From: Patescibacteria group bacterium
Lineage (GTDB): Bacteria > Patescibacteriota > JABMPQ01 > JAHIRA01
Length of the DNA: 51,197 nt
Direction: 5' to 3'
Assembly (NCBI GenBank): GCA_018818205.1
Contig: JAHISJ010000007.1
Span: 1 to 51,197, forward strand
Each line of letters starts with the position of its first letter. The stretch's first letter is position 1. Positions 9,801-20,627 of the stretch are shown here, one piece after another. The translations under genes were made by a program, and so were the position numbers. The notes beneath the pieces are model-generated. The model ran no database searches and had not been told where the DNA came from. It was given only the letters and a program-made list of their open reading frames with translations.

Positions 9801-10277
9801 GAAAAAACAACTGTTGGGTATATGTATATTTTGAAGCTGTACCATTTGGTTGAAGATAAAATTCACCAGAGATCAATTGGACCGTACTCACTGGTAACGC
9901 AGCAGCCTCTTGGTGGTAAAGCACAGTTCGGTGGTCAGCGATTTGGAGAAATGGAAGTATGGGCGCTTGAGGGGTATGGTGCGGTACATACGCTCCAAGA
10001 AATGCTCACCATTAAGTCCGATGATGTTATTGGGCGTTCAAAAACGTACGAGAGCATTATTAAGGGCGAAGAAATCAGACAACCAAATATTCCTGAGTCC
10101 TTTAACGTGTTAGTTAAAGAGCTTAAAAGTTTGTCTCTTGAAGTAGAACTACTGGGAACCAAGGATGAATCAGAGGGAGGCGATGAAGATGAGGAGGAGC
10201 AGGAAAAATCGGAAAAGCCCGAGGTTCAAGAAGATAGTGAACCATCACAGGACCCCGTCAAAGAAGATGAAAAATAA
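6804..10277 (+). CDS. rpoB: DNA-directed RNA polymerase beta subunit
   Basis: [50 protein letters not shown] 6804 preferred over TTG 6774. Confidence 0.99.
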   Translation: MLEKNSINAALVGKRKYFTDKHEVIDLPDLIEVQKSSYEWFMEEGLRELFDEISPITDFTGKDLELVVGDYYLDEPKNSEMVAKSRNATYEAAVRVMVELKNKQTGEIKEQEVYLGEFPLMTDRGTFIVNGVERVVVSQLIRSPGVFFTETEVKGEKLFGAKVIPNRGAWLEFETDSHGVIYVKIDRKRKVAATALLRAFGFDSDRDILKHFKDVDTLSDRKIIENTIKKDPSSDTAEGLKEVYKRIRPGDLATVDNAKSLIEAMFFNFDRYDFGKVGRYKLNQRLKLDVENTKENRVFRTDDLIEILRELVRLNVKQGKGDDIDHLGNRRVRAVGELLQNKMRVGLMRMERIAKDRMSTMDINLVTPAQLVNARPVIAATREFFTSSQLSQFMDQTNPLSELAHKRRLSAMGPGGLSRERAGFDVRDVHRSHYGRICPIATPEGPNIGLVGHMACFAHINEYGFIETPYRKVLREVPIKHAEKAKGEIAYKSGIKDPNTGEVVIKGDTVLTANHIATLKKLEKKGLKTIPVKSRVTNDIILLDAFEEELSITAPATTDIDEKGYFERTRAEVRVKGEPSIEPTGQIEYVDVSPKQIVSVSTSLIPFLEHDDANRALMGTNMQRQAVPCIQPQAPLVGTGSEERAARDSGAVILAGDDGEVTHVSGSKIVVKGDKNKKENEYVLHKFLRSNTSTCINQHPICNVGDTVKKGDVLADGPATHHGELAIGQNVLVAFMSWQGGNFEDAILVSERLVREDRYTSIHIEDFSIDVRDTKLGPEVVTRDIPNVSEEKLKDLDEEGVIRVGAQVSSGDILVGKITPKGETELTAEERLLRAIFGEKARDVKDTSLYLQHGEHGKVVDIKIFSRENGDKLQTGVIKTIQVSVAQLRKIQVGDKIAGRHGNKGVISKIVATEDMPHLPDGRTVDIILNPLGVASRMNIGQILETHLGWAACALGYKIATPVLDGISEDQIKGELKKAGIAEDGKVDLIDGRTGEPFKEKTTVGYMYILKLYHLVEDKIHQRSIGPYSLVTQQPLGGKAQFGGQRFGEMEVWALEGYGAVHTLQEMLTIKSDDVIGRSKTYESIIKGEEIRQPNIPESFNVLVKELKSLSLEVELLGTKDESEGGDEDEEEQEKSEKPEVQEDSEPSQDPVKEDEK

Positions 10278-10319
10278 TTACTTTCTTTCTTATCTAACTT
10301 CTCATTTTAAAGTCTATCT

Positions 10320-13300
10320 ATGTCTAATGTCCCAAATGATTTTTCTGGCATAAAGCTCAAACTTGCGTCGCCAGAAAAAGTCCTCGAATGGTCGCATGGC
10401 GAGGTAAAAAAGCCAGAGACGGTAAACTACCGTACTCAAAGACCAGAAAAAGATGGTCTCTTTTGCGAACGAATTTTTGGTCCAACCAAGGATTGGGAGT
10501 GCTATTGTGGAAAATATAAAAGAATTCGATATAAAGGCATTGTTTGTGACAAGTGTGGTGTTGAAGTAACCCGTTCTATCGTGAGACGAGAACGTATGGG
10601 ACACATCAGTCTTGCAGCACCGGTCACGCATGTATGGTTTTTACGTGGCATCCCTTCAAAAATTGGACTTATGCTCGACATTTCTGCACAAAACCTAGAA
10701 AAGGTGATTTATTTTGCGAGCTATATCATTACGTCAGTAGACTTAGAGGCAAAAGAAGATATGTTGTCTCAAGCTGCGGATGAGTTTAAAAAGAAAAAGA
10801 AAGGGCTAAAGAAAATATACGAGGCAAAGATTCAGGAGATAAGGAACGAAGCACTTGAGAAAAAGGCACAGAGCAAAGCAAAAAATATTGACGTACGAGC
10901 AGAAAAACAAGCCCTAAAGTTGGAAGAAGAAAAGGAAAAGCAATCAAAGGAGTTAGGTGATAAATACAATCAGGCTAAGAAAGAAATAGAAAATATTAAA
11001 AAGCTTTCTATTATTTCTGAAATTGAGTACCGTACACTTTCAATGAAGTACGGACATGTTTTTGAAGCAGGCATTGGTGCGGAAGCGGTAAGAAGGGCAC
11101 TTGAAGAGGTTGACCTTAAAGAAGGGATTGAGACACTTAAACAAAATCTTATTGACGCCCCTGCATCACAGAAGAAAAAAATCAGACGCAGGCTCAACCT
11201 GTATCAACATCTTAATAAAAATGAAATTAGACCAGAATGGACGGTACTTAACGTACTTCCAGTTATTCCTCCAGACCTGAGGCCAATGGTGCAGCTCGAT
11301 GGTGGTCGTTTTGCCGCGTCTGATCTTAACGATCTGTATAGACGAGTAATCAATCGTAACAATCGGTTAAAAAGGCTTATAGAAATAAATGCCCCCGAGG
11401 TTATTTGTAGGAATGAAAAGAGAATGTTGCAAGAAGCGGTTGATGCACTTATTGACAATAGCGCGAGACACGGGAAGGCAGTCGCCTCAACATCGGGTCA
11501 AAAGAGGGTGCTTAAGTCCCTTGCTGATATGCTGAGAGGTAAACAGGGTCGGTTTAGACAAAACCTGCTCGGTAAACGTGTTGATTATTCTGGACGAAGT
11601 GTGATTGTTATTGGTCCAAATCTCACTCTTGGTGAGTGTGGAATTCCAAAAACCATGGCACTTGAACTCTTTAAACCATTTGTGATTAACGAACTTATTG
11701 AACAAGAGCATGCACATAATATTAGAAGTGCATCAAGGCTTATAGAAGAAAAGTCGCCGGAAGTATGGGATATGCTTGAAGAGGTTATTAAGGGCCACTT
11801 CATTATGATCAACCGTGCGCCGACACTGCATAGACTAGGAATTCAGGCGTTTCAACCGGTGCTTATAGAAGGTAAGGCGATTCAGATTCACCCTATGGTA
11901 TGTACCGCGTTTAATGCAGACTTTGATGGTGACCAAATGGCCGTACATGTGCCGCTTACCGAGCCTGCACAAAAAGAAGCTCGTGAGATTATGAGCTCAA
12001 CGACCAATTTACTTAAACCGGCAACGGGAAAACCTATCGTGATTGCAACGCAGGACATTGTTTTGGGCTGTTACTACATCTCAACAATTAAGCCTGGTGA
12101 AAAGGGAGAAGGAAAATATTTTGCTTCCGTTGACGAAGCTATGATTGCGTTTGAACACGAACTTATTACACTCAGATCAAAAATTCATGTAAGAATAGCT
12201 CCAGGTGAAATAGTTGAAACATGTGTCGGTCGTATCTTCTTTAACACGATCCTTCCTAAAGAGATGGGATTTGTTAACGTAATACTTGATAAACGGGCCA
12301 TCTCTTCAGTTATTGCAAAGTGTTTAAACACGCTTGGAAATGAAGAAACTGTGGAAATTCTCGATAAACTCAAAGTACTAGGGTTTAAGTATCTCACTAA
12401 ATCAGGTCTTTCATGGGGTATGGATGATTTGCAAGTTCCCGTTGAAAAGAAAGAAATTCTAGGTGAGGCTGAAAAGCAAGTCGAAGAAATCAGACAACAA
12501 TACAAATCGGGATTTTTAACCGATAGTGAACGATACGTAAAAACGATTGAAACATGGGCAACGGCAAAGGATAATATTACTAAGGTATCGACAAAAACAC
12601 TTGATGAATACGGTCCGGTGTATGCCATGGTTGAATCGGGCGCTCGTGGATCCTGGCCGCAGATTGTTCAGATTATGGGTATGAGAGGTCTTATGGCAGC
12701 GCCATCAGGTAAAACTATTGAACTTCCGGTGCGTGATAGCTTTAAAGAAGGGCTTGGAGTGCTTGAGTACTTCATCTCGACGCATGGTGCTCGTAAAGGT
12801 CTTTCTGATACGGCGCTTAGGACTGCCAACGCTGGTTATTTGACGCGTCGTCTTATTGATGTTGCGCAAGATATGGTTGTTTTTGAAAAGAATTGCGGTG
12901 CAAAAGAGAGTATTGAGGTTAATAAAAAGGACAGTGATAGAATAAATGAAACAGTTGGTTCACGGTCTCTTGGTAGAACGGCAGCACAAGATATTGTTGA
13001 TCCAAAAACAGGTGAAGTCATCATCAAATCAGGAAAAATTGTGGGAGATGAAGAGGCAAAAAAGATCGATGATGCAGACATTGAGGCAGTAAACATAAGA
13101 TCAGTGATTACGTGCAAAGCATTAAGAGGTTTATGTAGCAAGTGCTATGGATGGGATTTGGGAAACAGAAAACAGGTCGAGATTGGCCAAGCGGTAGGTA
13201 TTGTCGCTGCACAGTCAATTGGTGAACCGGGCACACAGCTGACGATGCGTACCTTCCATACGGGTGGTGTTGCCGGTGATGGTGATATTACGCAGGGTCT

Positions 13301-14162
13301 TCCTCGGGTAGAAGAACTTTTTGAGGCTAGAAACATTAAAAAGCCGGCGGTAGTTGCTGAGCTTGATGGTGTGTGCCATGTTAAAGAAGAAGGTGAAAAG
13401 AAAATCATTAATATTGTTTCAAAAGACGTCAAAAAAGCTGATATTGAAAAGGACTTTAAGAAGGGATCAGCAAAAGTAAAAAATGATTCTGTGATAACCA
13501 AAGGAACACTTCTTGGCCTTTCAACAGAAGGAAAGCAGATTAAAGCACCGTTTGATGGTATTGTTCGTATAGAAAAGGACACATTTGCTCTCTTTAAAGA
13601 AGGCACGATTGAAAAGCAGTATACGCTTCCTAGTGATTCAATCCTTTGGGTGCAAGATGGTGATTTGGTTGTAAAAGGACAACAACTCACTGAAGGACAT
13701 GTAGATGTTCAGCATCTCTTTAAAGTCGCCGGAAGAAAAGTGGTGCAGAAGTATATACTTGGCGACGTGCAGTATATTTATGCAAGCCAAGGGCAAGAAG
13801 TGAATGACAAACACGTAGAAATCATTATTCGGCAGATGCTTTCAAAAGTGGTGATCAGAGAAGAAGGCGAAAGCGAGTTTTTGGTAGGAGACGTTATTAG
13901 CAGAGCACAATTCTTTAATGCGATAAGCGTGTTAAAGAAGGATAATAAGAAACCGCCGGTAGCGGAGGATTTGCTCCTTGGGATTACAAAGGCATCGCTT
14001 TCAACTGAGAGTTTCCTTGCCGGAGCATCGTTCCAAGAAACTGCCAAAGTATTGATTGACGCAGCAATCGCAGGGAAGGTTGATCACCTTAGAGGGCTAA
14101 AAGAAAACGTGATCATTGGTAAATTGATCCCGGTTGGTACAGCATTCAGAAAACCTGCGTAA
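10320..14162 (+). CDS. rpoC: DNA-directed RNA polymerase beta' subunit
   Basis: [12 protein letters not shown] catalytic motif, zinc finger CYCGKYK...[17 protein letters not shown]. Confidence 0.99.
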   Translation: MSNVPNDFSGIKLKLASPEKVLEWSHGEVKKPETVNYRTQRPEKDGLFCERIFGPTKDWECYCGKYKRIRYKGIVCDKCGVEVTRSIVRRERMGHISLAAPVTHVWFLRGIPSKIGLMLDISAQNLEKVIYFASYIITSVDLEAKEDMLSQAADEFKKKKKGLKKIYEAKIQEIRNEALEKKAQSKAKNIDVRAEKQALKLEEEKEKQSKELGDKYNQAKKEIENIKKLSIISEIEYRTLSMKYGHVFEAGIGAEAVRRALEEVDLKEGIETLKQNLIDAPASQKKKIRRRLNLYQHLNKNEIRPEWTVLNVLPVIPPDLRPMVQLDGGRFAASDLNDLYRRVINRNNRLKRLIEINAPEVICRNEKRMLQEAVDALIDNSARHGKAVASTSGQKRVLKSLADMLRGKQGRFRQNLLGKRVDYSGRSVIVIGPNLTLGECGIPKTMALELFKPFVINELIEQEHAHNIRSASRLIEEKSPEVWDMLEEVIKGHFIMINRAPTLHRLGIQAFQPVLIEGKAIQIHPMVCTAFNADFDGDQMAVHVPLTEPAQKEAREIMSSTTNLLKPATGKPIVIATQDIVLGCYYISTIKPGEKGEGKYFASVDEAMIAFEHELITLRSKIHVRIAPGEIVETCVGRIFFNTILPKEMGFVNVILDKRAISSVIAKCLNTLGNEETVEILDKLKVLGFKYLTKSGLSWGMDDLQVPVEKKEILGEAEKQVEEIRQQYKSGFLTDSERYVKTIETWATAKDNITKVSTKTLDEYGPVYAMVESGARGSWPQIVQIMGMRGLMAAPSGKTIELPVRDSFKEGLGVLEYFISTHGARKGLSDTALRTANAGYLTRRLIDVAQDMVVFEKNCGAKESIEVNKKDSDRINETVGSRSLGRTAAQDIVDPKTGEVIIKSGKIVGDEEAKKIDDADIEAVNIRSVITCKALRGLCSKCYGWDLGNRKQVEIGQAVGIVAAQSIGEPGTQLTMRTFHTGGVAGDGDITQGLPRVEELFEARNIKKPAVVAELDGVCHVKEEGEKKIINIVSKDVKKADIEKDFKKGSAKVKNDSVITKGTLLGLSTEGKQIKAPFDGIVRIEKDTFALFKEGTIEKQYTLPSDSILWVQDGDLVVKGQQLTEGHVDVQHLFKVAGRKVVQKYILGDVQYIYASQGQEVNDKHVEIIIRQMLSKVVIREEGESEFLVGDVISRAQFFNAISVLKKDNKKPPVAEDLLLGITKASLSTESFLAGASFQETAKVLIDAAIAGKVDHLRGLKENVIIGKLIPVGTAFRKPA

Positions 14163-14183
14163 AAGAACCGTTGTATCGATTTC

Positions 14184-14214
14184 GTAGGGGTGGCACGTAT
14201 GCCACCCTTTTTTT
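14184..14214 (+). terminator. rpoBC terminator formed by a GTAG-type REP-like palindrome
   Basis: GTAGGGGTGGCA-CGTA-TGCCACCC followed by T7; related copies at 41463 and 45007. Confidence 0.75.
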
Positions 14215-14220
14215 GAATGA

Positions 14221-14281
14221 TTCCTCCTCTTTTCTAAGGGAGAGGAAAGAACCTCCACCCCTTATTAAAGGGGAGGGAATA
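14221..14281. repeat. C/G-run palindromic repeat (related copy at 50824-50852)
   Basis: CCTCCACCCCTTATTAAAGGGGAGGGAATA preceded by a second imperfect hairpin TTCCTCCTCT...AGAGGAA. Confidence 0.55.
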
Positions 14282-14376
14282 ATAATATCTCTTTTTGACC
14301 ATAAAACCAAAGTAGTATACACTGTAACTACACTTTACGTGACGAGGAGTCACATGCTTTCTAATCCACGCATTTC

Positions 14377-16611
14377 ATGGGAAGAAAAAGAAAAAGAGGA
14401 AGACCTCGGAAAAAAAGAAAGGTTGAGACACCAAAAGAAACACCACTCGGATTTATTTTCCAAAAGAAAATGAGTCCAGAGACGTTTTGGGGTATTATTA
14501 CAGTTGTCTTTTTTGTGCTAGGGCTTATAATCTTTTTAAGTCTTATTGGTGTTGCAGGGAGATTGGGTGATGTATTGGAAAAAGGACTTAAAGTGTCCTT
14601 TGGCTACGGAGCATATTTAATACCATTTGCGCTTATATGGGGCGCATATCTGCTTTTAAAAACGCAAAGAAATAAAGAGTATCAAATTAAGAACACGGAG
14701 ATTGTTGGTGTGGTACTTCTGTTTATTTGTCTTGGTGGATTTTTCCATTCTTTGTCAAAACCTACTGAGTATTTACACAATGCTCAAGCGGGACTTGGCG
14801 GTGGTTATGTAGGATATATAGTACTTTTCCCGCTTGAGAAAGTGATTGGTATTTGGGCGTCGTTTGTGGTGCTTATTGCGTGCGGCATAGTAGGCGTTGT
14901 TTTAGTGCTTAATAAAACACCGGGAGAGCTTGTTGATCTACTCATACAGTTTAAAAAGTTTAGTGTTTCATTTTTTGATAAATTTAGAAAGAGAAAAGCA
15001 ATCCAAAGTGCAGGGCTTAGGGTAAAAGGGCTTGATAATAATTATGATGGTGACATAGACGGGGAAGGACAAAAAAAGGAGGCAGGAACATCACTTTTTA
15101 AGACAAAGTCGTTTCCTGCCCTTTCATTCAAAAAGAAAAAGGAAAAGCAGGATTCGCCTGTTCAGACATCTAGAGCAGAAAGCAACTACAAGCCGTATCC
15201 GTTGTCTCTTCTTGATACTAAAGGAGGCCGGCCGGAAAGTGGTGATATACGGGCAAATGCACAAATTATTGAGCAAACGCTTAAAAGCTTTGACATTGGG
15301 GTTTCTATGGAGGAAGTTAATATTGGTCCAACGGTGACGCAGTATACTTTTAGGCCGCGGAAGGGTGTTAAACTTCATCAAATTACGACTCTTCAAAATG
15401 ATCTCTCACTTGCTCTTGCCGCACATCCTTTAAGAATAGAAGCACCTATTCCCGGAAGATCACTCGTAGGTATAGAAATTCCAAACAAGAAAGTAGCGCT
15501 CGTAAGACTCAGAGAGATATTAGAAAGTCCTGAATATCAAAAGGCGCCGGGAATGTTAAATGTTTCGCTTGGGCGTGATGTCTCAGGAAACCCAAACGTA
15601 TCAGATATCAGTAAAATGCCTCATCTCTTGATTGCCGGTGCAACGGGAAGCGGTAAATCGGTTGCTATTCATGTCATTGTCTTGTCTCTTCTTGCACAAA
15701 ACAGTCCTGAGGATTTGCGTCTTATTCTGGTTGACCCAAAGAAGGTTGAGCTGACTTGTTACAATGATGTCCCGCATCTTCTTACTCCCGTTATTACTGA
15801 TGTTGACAAGACGATTAATTCGCTCAGATGGACGGTTGCAGAGATGGAGCGGCGCTTTATACTTCTTTCCGAAAGCGGTAAGCGTGATATTCAGTCCTAC
15901 AACAAAGCGTATCCGGACAATAAGCTTCCTTACATTGTTGCGGTTATTGATGAACTTGCTGATCTTATGTCTGTTGCCGCAAATGAGGTGGAGGCAGCGG
16001 TCGTGCGGCTTGCTCAAATGTCTCGAGCGGTGGGAATTCACTTAATACTGGCGACCCAGAGACCATCGGTAAATATTATCACGGGTCTTATTAAAGCAAA
16101 CATTACCGCACGAATTGCGTTTACCGTTGCGTCTCAAGTAGATTCACGAACCATTATTGACTCTGCCGGCGCAGAGAAGCTGCTTGGAAAGGGTGATATG
16201 CTGTATGTGGCAAGTGAACTAGGAAAACCTCGACGAATTCAAGGCGCGTATATTACTGAAAATGAAATCGGTAAAGTTGTTTCGTATATAAAAGAGCAAG
16301 GGGAGCCTGAGTATAATGAAGAGGTGGTTGAAAAAAATAAGACGTCGCGCGTTGTTGGCGCTACTCAGTCTATGGATGATGAAGACGATTATTTTGATGA
16401 GGCACGAACCATTGTAATACAAGCGGGTAAGGCATCTGCATCGCTGCTCCAGCGGCGTCTTAAAGTAGGATACGCGCGCGCGGCAAGATTACTTGATTCT
16501 TTGGAGGAGCAAGGTATAGTAGGACCTGCGGATGGTGCAAAGCCACGTGAAGTGTTTGTGCAAACAAATGATGATATGGGTGATGATATGCCCCCGGCTG
16601 ATTTAGCGTAA
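14377..16611 (+). CDS. ftsK: DNA translocase FtsK/SpoIIIE
   Basis: N-terminal TM helices, Walker A AGATGSGKS, VIDELADLM, LATQRPS, gamma domain LQRRLKVGYARAARL. Confidence 0.97.
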   Translation: MGRKRKRGRPRKKRKVETPKETPLGFIFQKKMSPETFWGIITVVFFVLGLIIFLSLIGVAGRLGDVLEKGLKVSFGYGAYLIPFALIWGAYLLLKTQRNKEYQIKNTEIVGVVLLFICLGGFFHSLSKPTEYLHNAQAGLGGGYVGYIVLFPLEKVIGIWASFVVLIACGIVGVVLVLNKTPGELVDLLIQFKKFSVSFFDKFRKRKAIQSAGLRVKGLDNNYDGDIDGEGQKKEAGTSLFKTKSFPALSFKKKKEKQDSPVQTSRAESNYKPYPLSLLDTKGGRPESGDIRANAQIIEQTLKSFDIGVSMEEVNIGPTVTQYTFRPRKGVKLHQITTLQNDLSLALAAHPLRIEAPIPGRSLVGIEIPNKKVALVRLREILESPEYQKAPGMLNVSLGRDVSGNPNVSDISKMPHLLIAGATGSGKSVAIHVIVLSLLAQNSPEDLRLILVDPKKVELTCYNDVPHLLTPVITDVDKTINSLRWTVAEMERRFILLSESGKRDIQSYNKAYPDNKLPYIVAVIDELADLMSVAANEVEAAVVRLAQMSRAVGIHLILATQRPSVNIITGLIKANITARIAFTVASQVDSRTIIDSAGAEKLLGKGDMLYVASELGKPRRIQGAYITENEIGKVVSYIKEQGEPEYNEEVVEKNKTSRVVGATQSMDDEDDYFDEARTIVIQAGKASASLLQRRLKVGYARAARLLDSLEEQGIVGPADGAKPREVFVQTNDDMGDDMPPADLA

Positions 16612-16622
16612 TTTCTCACAAC

Positions 16623-17309
16623 ATGGCAAATAGGGATTTTTCAAGCAAAGGAGAAGCGGTTCCCCATACTATTGGGGAAATTTTTTACTATGAAAGAAAC
16701 AGAAGACGCTACACTCTTAGTCAAATAGCAAAAGAATTAAATATTCGCAAAACGTACTTGGAACTTTTGGAGGATGATGCACTCGACAAGCTTCCTGCAG
16801 ACGTGTATACCAAAAACTACGTAAAGCGCTATGCTGATTTTCTTCACGTAGATAGTGATGCGATGATTGAGCTCTATGAAAAGGAAAAAAACGTGGTTAA
16901 GAAGGTACGTGATGAAGACGACCCGGGTAAAGTATTTTCTGAAAAGAAACGAAAGTTCTCTTTTATACTAACACCAAAAATAGCGAGGCGCTTTGGCATT
17001 CTTCTCCTTGTTGTCGTTTTTCTTTTTTATATTTGGTATCAAGTGAGTGATCTCTCTGCTCCACCGGAACTGACCATTATTGAGCCATCACAAAACGAAA
17101 CAACAATCACAGAAACATCTGTATTAGTAATTGGTGAGACAAGTCAAGACGCAGCTTTGACGATTAATGGCGAGCCTATTCATTTAACCAGTGATGGTAC
17201 GTTTCAGGAGACTATTGCACTTCAAAAAGGAATTAATGAGCTCAAGTTTGAGGTGGTAAATAAGCTCGGGAAGAAACGAGAGGTTGAAAAGAAAGTCTAT
17301 GTAGAATAA
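16623..17309 (+). CDS. rodZ: RodZ-like HTH membrane protein with C-terminal Ig-like domain
   Basis: HTH_25 pattern (YLELLE...LPADVYTKNYVKRYADFL), single TM, position between ftsK and recA. Confidence 0.75.
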   Translation: MANRDFSSKGEAVPHTIGEIFYYERNRRRYTLSQIAKELNIRKTYLELLEDDALDKLPADVYTKNYVKRYADFLHVDSDAMIELYEKEKNVVKKVRDEDDPGKVFSEKKRKFSFILTPKIARRFGILLLVVVFLFYIWYQVSDLSAPPELTIIEPSQNETTITETSVLVIGETSQDAALTINGEPIHLTSDGTFQETIALQKGINELKFEVVNKLGKKREVEKKVYVE

Positions 17310-17383
17310 AATAAGAGTAAGGGTAATAAATAATAAATAACGTTTATCAAAGGCGGATAGATAAACAGAAAGGGAAGAATCTC

Positions 17384-18421
17384 ATGCCCAAAAAAAAGGC
17401 GACAGTAAAAGTGGAGAAAAAGAATCCAAAAGAGGAGGCAGTCCAAAACGCCATTGATCAAATCAAAGAACGATATGGCGATGGCGCTATCATGAAGTTA
17501 GGTGACGTGCGTACTATTGATGTTGATGCAATCCCAACAGGGTCAATCTCACTTGATATTGCACTCGGTGTTGGCGGCATACCTAAGGGACGTGTCATTG
17601 AGATATTTGGACCAGAGAGTTCCGGTAAAACAACACTTGCTGAGCACATTGTAGCGAGCGTTCAAAAGCGCGGTGGTGTTGCTGCATATGTAGATGCAGA
17701 GCATGCGCTTGATCCGGACTATGCAAAAAAGATTGGCGTGGACATAGAAAAACTGCTTATCTCACAGCCAGAGACGGGGGAGCAAGCGCTCGAGATCGTT
17801 GAGACACTTGTTCGCTCAAATGCAGTGGATATTGTGGTGATTGACTCAGTTGCAGCGCTCACTCCTCGCGCTGAGATTGAGGGCGAAATGGGAGACTCGC
17901 ATATGGGTCTTCAGGCAAGGCTTATGTCACAAGCGTTAAGAAAACTTACCGGCGTTGTGTCAAAATCACGAACCACCGTTATCTTCATTAATCAAATCAG
18001 AATGAAGATTGGGATTATGTTTGGAAATCCTGAAGAAACTCCCGGTGGTAAAGCACTTAAGTTTTATTCGTCAGTCAGAATTGACTTGAGACGATCTGCA
18101 CAGATTAAGCTTGGTGAGAAGATTATTGGAAACAGAGTAAAAGTAAAAGTGGTAAAGAATAAAGTAGCGCCACCGTTCCAAACAGCAGAATTTGACATTA
18201 TGTATAATGAAGGAATTTCACGAATGGGAGATCTCCTTGATACTGGTGTTAGAATGAAGATCGTTGATAAGAGCGGTGCATGGTTTACGTATAATGGTGA
18301 ACAGCTTGGTCAAGGGAGAGAAGCATCAAAAATCTATCTCAAAGAACACAAAAAAGTTGCCAAAGAAATAGAAAAGAAAGTATGGGAGTACATTAAGGCT
18401 GAGGCAAAAGAAGAAGAATAA
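17384..18421 (+). CDS. recA: Recombinase A
   Basis: [37 protein letters not shown]. Confidence 0.99.
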   Translation: MPKKKATVKVEKKNPKEEAVQNAIDQIKERYGDGAIMKLGDVRTIDVDAIPTGSISLDIALGVGGIPKGRVIEIFGPESSGKTTLAEHIVASVQKRGGVAAYVDAEHALDPDYAKKIGVDIEKLLISQPETGEQALEIVETLVRSNAVDIVVIDSVAALTPRAEIEGEMGDSHMGLQARLMSQALRKLTGVVSKSRTTVIFINQIRMKIGIMFGNPEETPGGKALKFYSSVRIDLRRSAQIKLGEKIIGNRVKVKVVKNKVAPPFQTAEFDIMYNEGISRMGDLLDTGVRMKIVDKSGAWFTYNGEQLGQGREASKIYLKEHKKVAKEIEKKVWEYIKAEAKEEE

Positions 18422-18438
18422 GTATAACGTGCCAAATC

Positions 18439-19020
18439 ATGGCGCAAACACAAAACTCAAAGTACAGAGGTCCGCTTAAGGCTGCGCCTTTAGATATGGT
18501 GAGACCACAAAGAAAAAGCATATCTAGCCAAAGCAGGCAGACTTCTTATGAAATGCGAAGAAGACGCGTGCAAAAACCGGTAAGTGAGACTCCACAGGAG
18601 CCTCACTTACCCAGGCGGGATCAAGCAAAGCCTGCAAATCGCTCTGAAGAGGCTCCTCGTGTACTAAGCGATCCAGCACCTCGAGTGGCAAAACAACCAG
18701 AGCAAAAAACGCAGTCACCGCATACATTCAAAAAGAACCATGATCGTGAAACCAAACGGCCAAAACGAGGACGACGTTTTTTTGGCACGTGCTCTGTGCT
18801 CCTTGCACTCAATATAATTGTGCTTGGCGTGTTAATTTATTATGTGAGCAAAGTAGCACGAACGGTTGAAGCGTGGGACACGGAAGACATAAAAAATCAC
18901 ATTACTGAGACGTTGAATTTTCAGGAAGAAGCGCCGTCACAAAACGATGAGTTTTTTAACAAGATCATGGAGTCATCCGATCTTGAAAATGCAGTAAATA
19001 CCAACACAAAAGCAGAATAA
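18439..19020 (+). CDS. Hypothetical single-pass membrane protein with disordered basic N-terminus
   Basis: R/P/Q-rich N-terminus, one hydrophobic helix (VLLALNIIVLGVLIYYV), acidic C-terminus. Confidence 0.75.
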   Translation: MAQTQNSKYRGPLKAAPLDMVRPQRKSISSQSRQTSYEMRRRRVQKPVSETPQEPHLPRRDQAKPANRSEEAPRVLSDPAPRVAKQPEQKTQSPHTFKKNHDRETKRPKRGRRFFGTCSVLLALNIIVLGVLIYYVSKVARTVEAWDTEDIKNHITETLNFQEEAPSQNDEFFNKIMESSDLENAVNTNTKAE

Positions 19021-19086
19021 AACATTGACGCATTCCTCTTTTTCTGGTTCAATTAAAGGTCTGAACGTCTTTTTTTAGGAGGAATA

Positions 19087-19515
19087 GTGGAAAAAGTTAT
19101 TATAGGCGCCTCGATTTTTTACTATTGGACGCATTTTAGTAATGATTTATTGAGAGAAGTACTCATTTCTTGCGGAGGGGATAAAGCACTTATTTTTTTG
19201 GGAGAAGTAACCGATGTTCGATTAGTCCATCTGCTGCAGTGGGGTTATTTATCCCGCAAAGGAAAAACGTGGGAAGTTGTAGTTAAAGGCGAAACGACGT
19301 GGAATGAAAGAGATCAGTTTGCATCGTTTTTACAGATTTGGACTTCGGGTTATGAAGTTAATTTCTGTGGAATGCCGTATGAATCTTTGGGGACTATCTC
19401 TAAAGAAGTTCATGAGGAAGTTCATGGAGCAGACATTGCATGTGAGCAAGCAATTTTTTTAATCCCGCCAGAGACATATTATGCATCAGGCGAAACAACC
19501 ATTCAGTTTGAGTAA
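19087..19515 (+). CDS. Hypothetical protein
   Basis: GTG start after TAGGAGGAATA; TTGACG-17-TTCAAT at 19025-19053; long imperfect hairpin at 19517-19564. Confidence 0.65.
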   Translation: MEKVIIGASIFYYWTHFSNDLLREVLISCGGDKALIFLGEVTDVRLVHLLQWGYLSRKGKTWEVVVKGETTWNERDQFASFLQIWTSGYEVNFCGMPYESLGTISKEVHEEVHGADIACEQAIFLIPPETYYASGETTIQFE

Positions 19516-19640
19516 GGCACAAGCTTTACTCTTTTTTGATGGAAAAAAAGAGCATTTCTTGTGCAAGCGGTGTTTTAGGGTCTTTTATGAGAACGCAGGA
19601 TGCAGTACAATAAAGATATACGTTACAAATAACAACATGT

Positions 19641-20600
19641 ATGAAGTATACTTGCCTTTTTTCTGAAATAGGTAAAAAAGATGTGGCACGTGCCGGCGGT
19701 AAGGGTGCGTCGCTTGGAGAAATGACTAAAAAGGGATTCCCCGTACCTCCCGGTTTTGTTGTTGTAAGTTTTGCGTTTGAGAGTTTTTTGAAAGTAACAG
19801 ATTTACATGTAGAAATCAGCGCATTACTTGACACGGTCAATATACATGAAATACATACTGTTGAGAACGCTGCGTCAAAAATACAGAATTTGATTCTTCA
19901 AGCATATATGCCACATGAAATAGAAGAACACATTTTATGTTCTTTCAAAAAACTTAATACACCTTATGTCGCGGTGAGATCAAGTGCTACCGCGGAAGAT
20001 TCTTTAGAAGCTGCGTGGGCGGGCCAGCTTGAAAGTTATTTAAACACAACAGAAAAAACACTACTTTTGCATGTTCAGAAATGTTGGGCGTCACTTTTTA
20101 CACCACGAGCCATTTTTTATCGCTTAGAAAAAAATCTTATAAAAAATCCAATTTCCGTTGCAGTTGTTGTGCAAAAGATGATTCAAAGTGACGCGTCAGG
20201 TGTTGCGTTTTCTGTTCATCCTGTGACAGAAGATAAAAATCAGATGATTGTAGAAGCGTCGTATGGTTTGGGTGAGGCGGTTGTGTCAGGGAGTGTAACC
20301 CCGGATAGCTATGTGGTTCAAAAAAAGCCTCTTGCTCTATATGATATAAACGTGTGCGTTCAAACAAAGGGATTGTATCGTGGAAAAGAGGGTAATGAAT
20401 GGAAAAAAATCCCCCAAAAAAAAGGAGAGAGACAAGTACTTTTAGATAAAGAAATTCTTGAGCTTGCAAGAATTATTATGACCCAAGAAGAACATTGTGG
20501 CTTTCCGGTGGATGTTGAATGGGCGCTGGAAAAAGGAAAATTTTACGTCTTACAAAGTCGCCCCATCACTACACTAAAAAACAAAAAGCTCGCTTCATAA
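19641..20600 (+). CDS. Stand-alone PPDK_N (ATP-grasp, nucleotide-binding) subunit of the PEP synthase/dikinase family
   Basis: GGKGASLGEM, VPPGF, AVRSSATAED...AGQ, VVVQKM, GLGEAVVSG, DVEWA...LQSRPITTL, then stop after 7 residues; no His or pyruvate domain. Confidence 0.92.
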   Translation: MKYTCLFSEIGKKDVARAGGKGASLGEMTKKGFPVPPGFVVVSFAFESFLKVTDLHVEISALLDTVNIHEIHTVENAASKIQNLILQAYMPHEIEEHILCSFKKLNTPYVAVRSSATAEDSLEAAWAGQLESYLNTTEKTLLLHVQKCWASLFTPRAIFYRLEKNLIKNPISVAVVVQKMIQSDASGVAFSVHPVTEDKNQMIVEASYGLGEAVVSGSVTPDSYVVQKKPLALYDINVCVQTKGLYRGKEGNEWKKIPQKKGERQVLLDKEILELARIIMTQEEHCGFPVDVEWALEKGKFYVLQSRPITTLKNKKLAS

Positions 20601-20627
20601 AGAAACGAGCATCATACAATAAAGTGG

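Noticed and set aside
10740-11010. Coiled-coil insertion in RpoC as an intein or novel domain
   Set aside because: No intein motifs; lineage-specific helical insertions at this position are known in other phyla such as Actinobacteria.
14171-14473. 100-aa ORF after rpoC and the many short antisense/overlapping ORFs in the track
   Set aside because: They overlap terminators, repeats or well-supported genes and show no protein motifs; treated as shadow ORFs.
19641-20600. Truncated ppsA pseudogene
   Set aside because: The domain ends cleanly at its natural boundary with all motifs intact, no downstream remnant in another frame was noticed, and His-domain partners are nearby.
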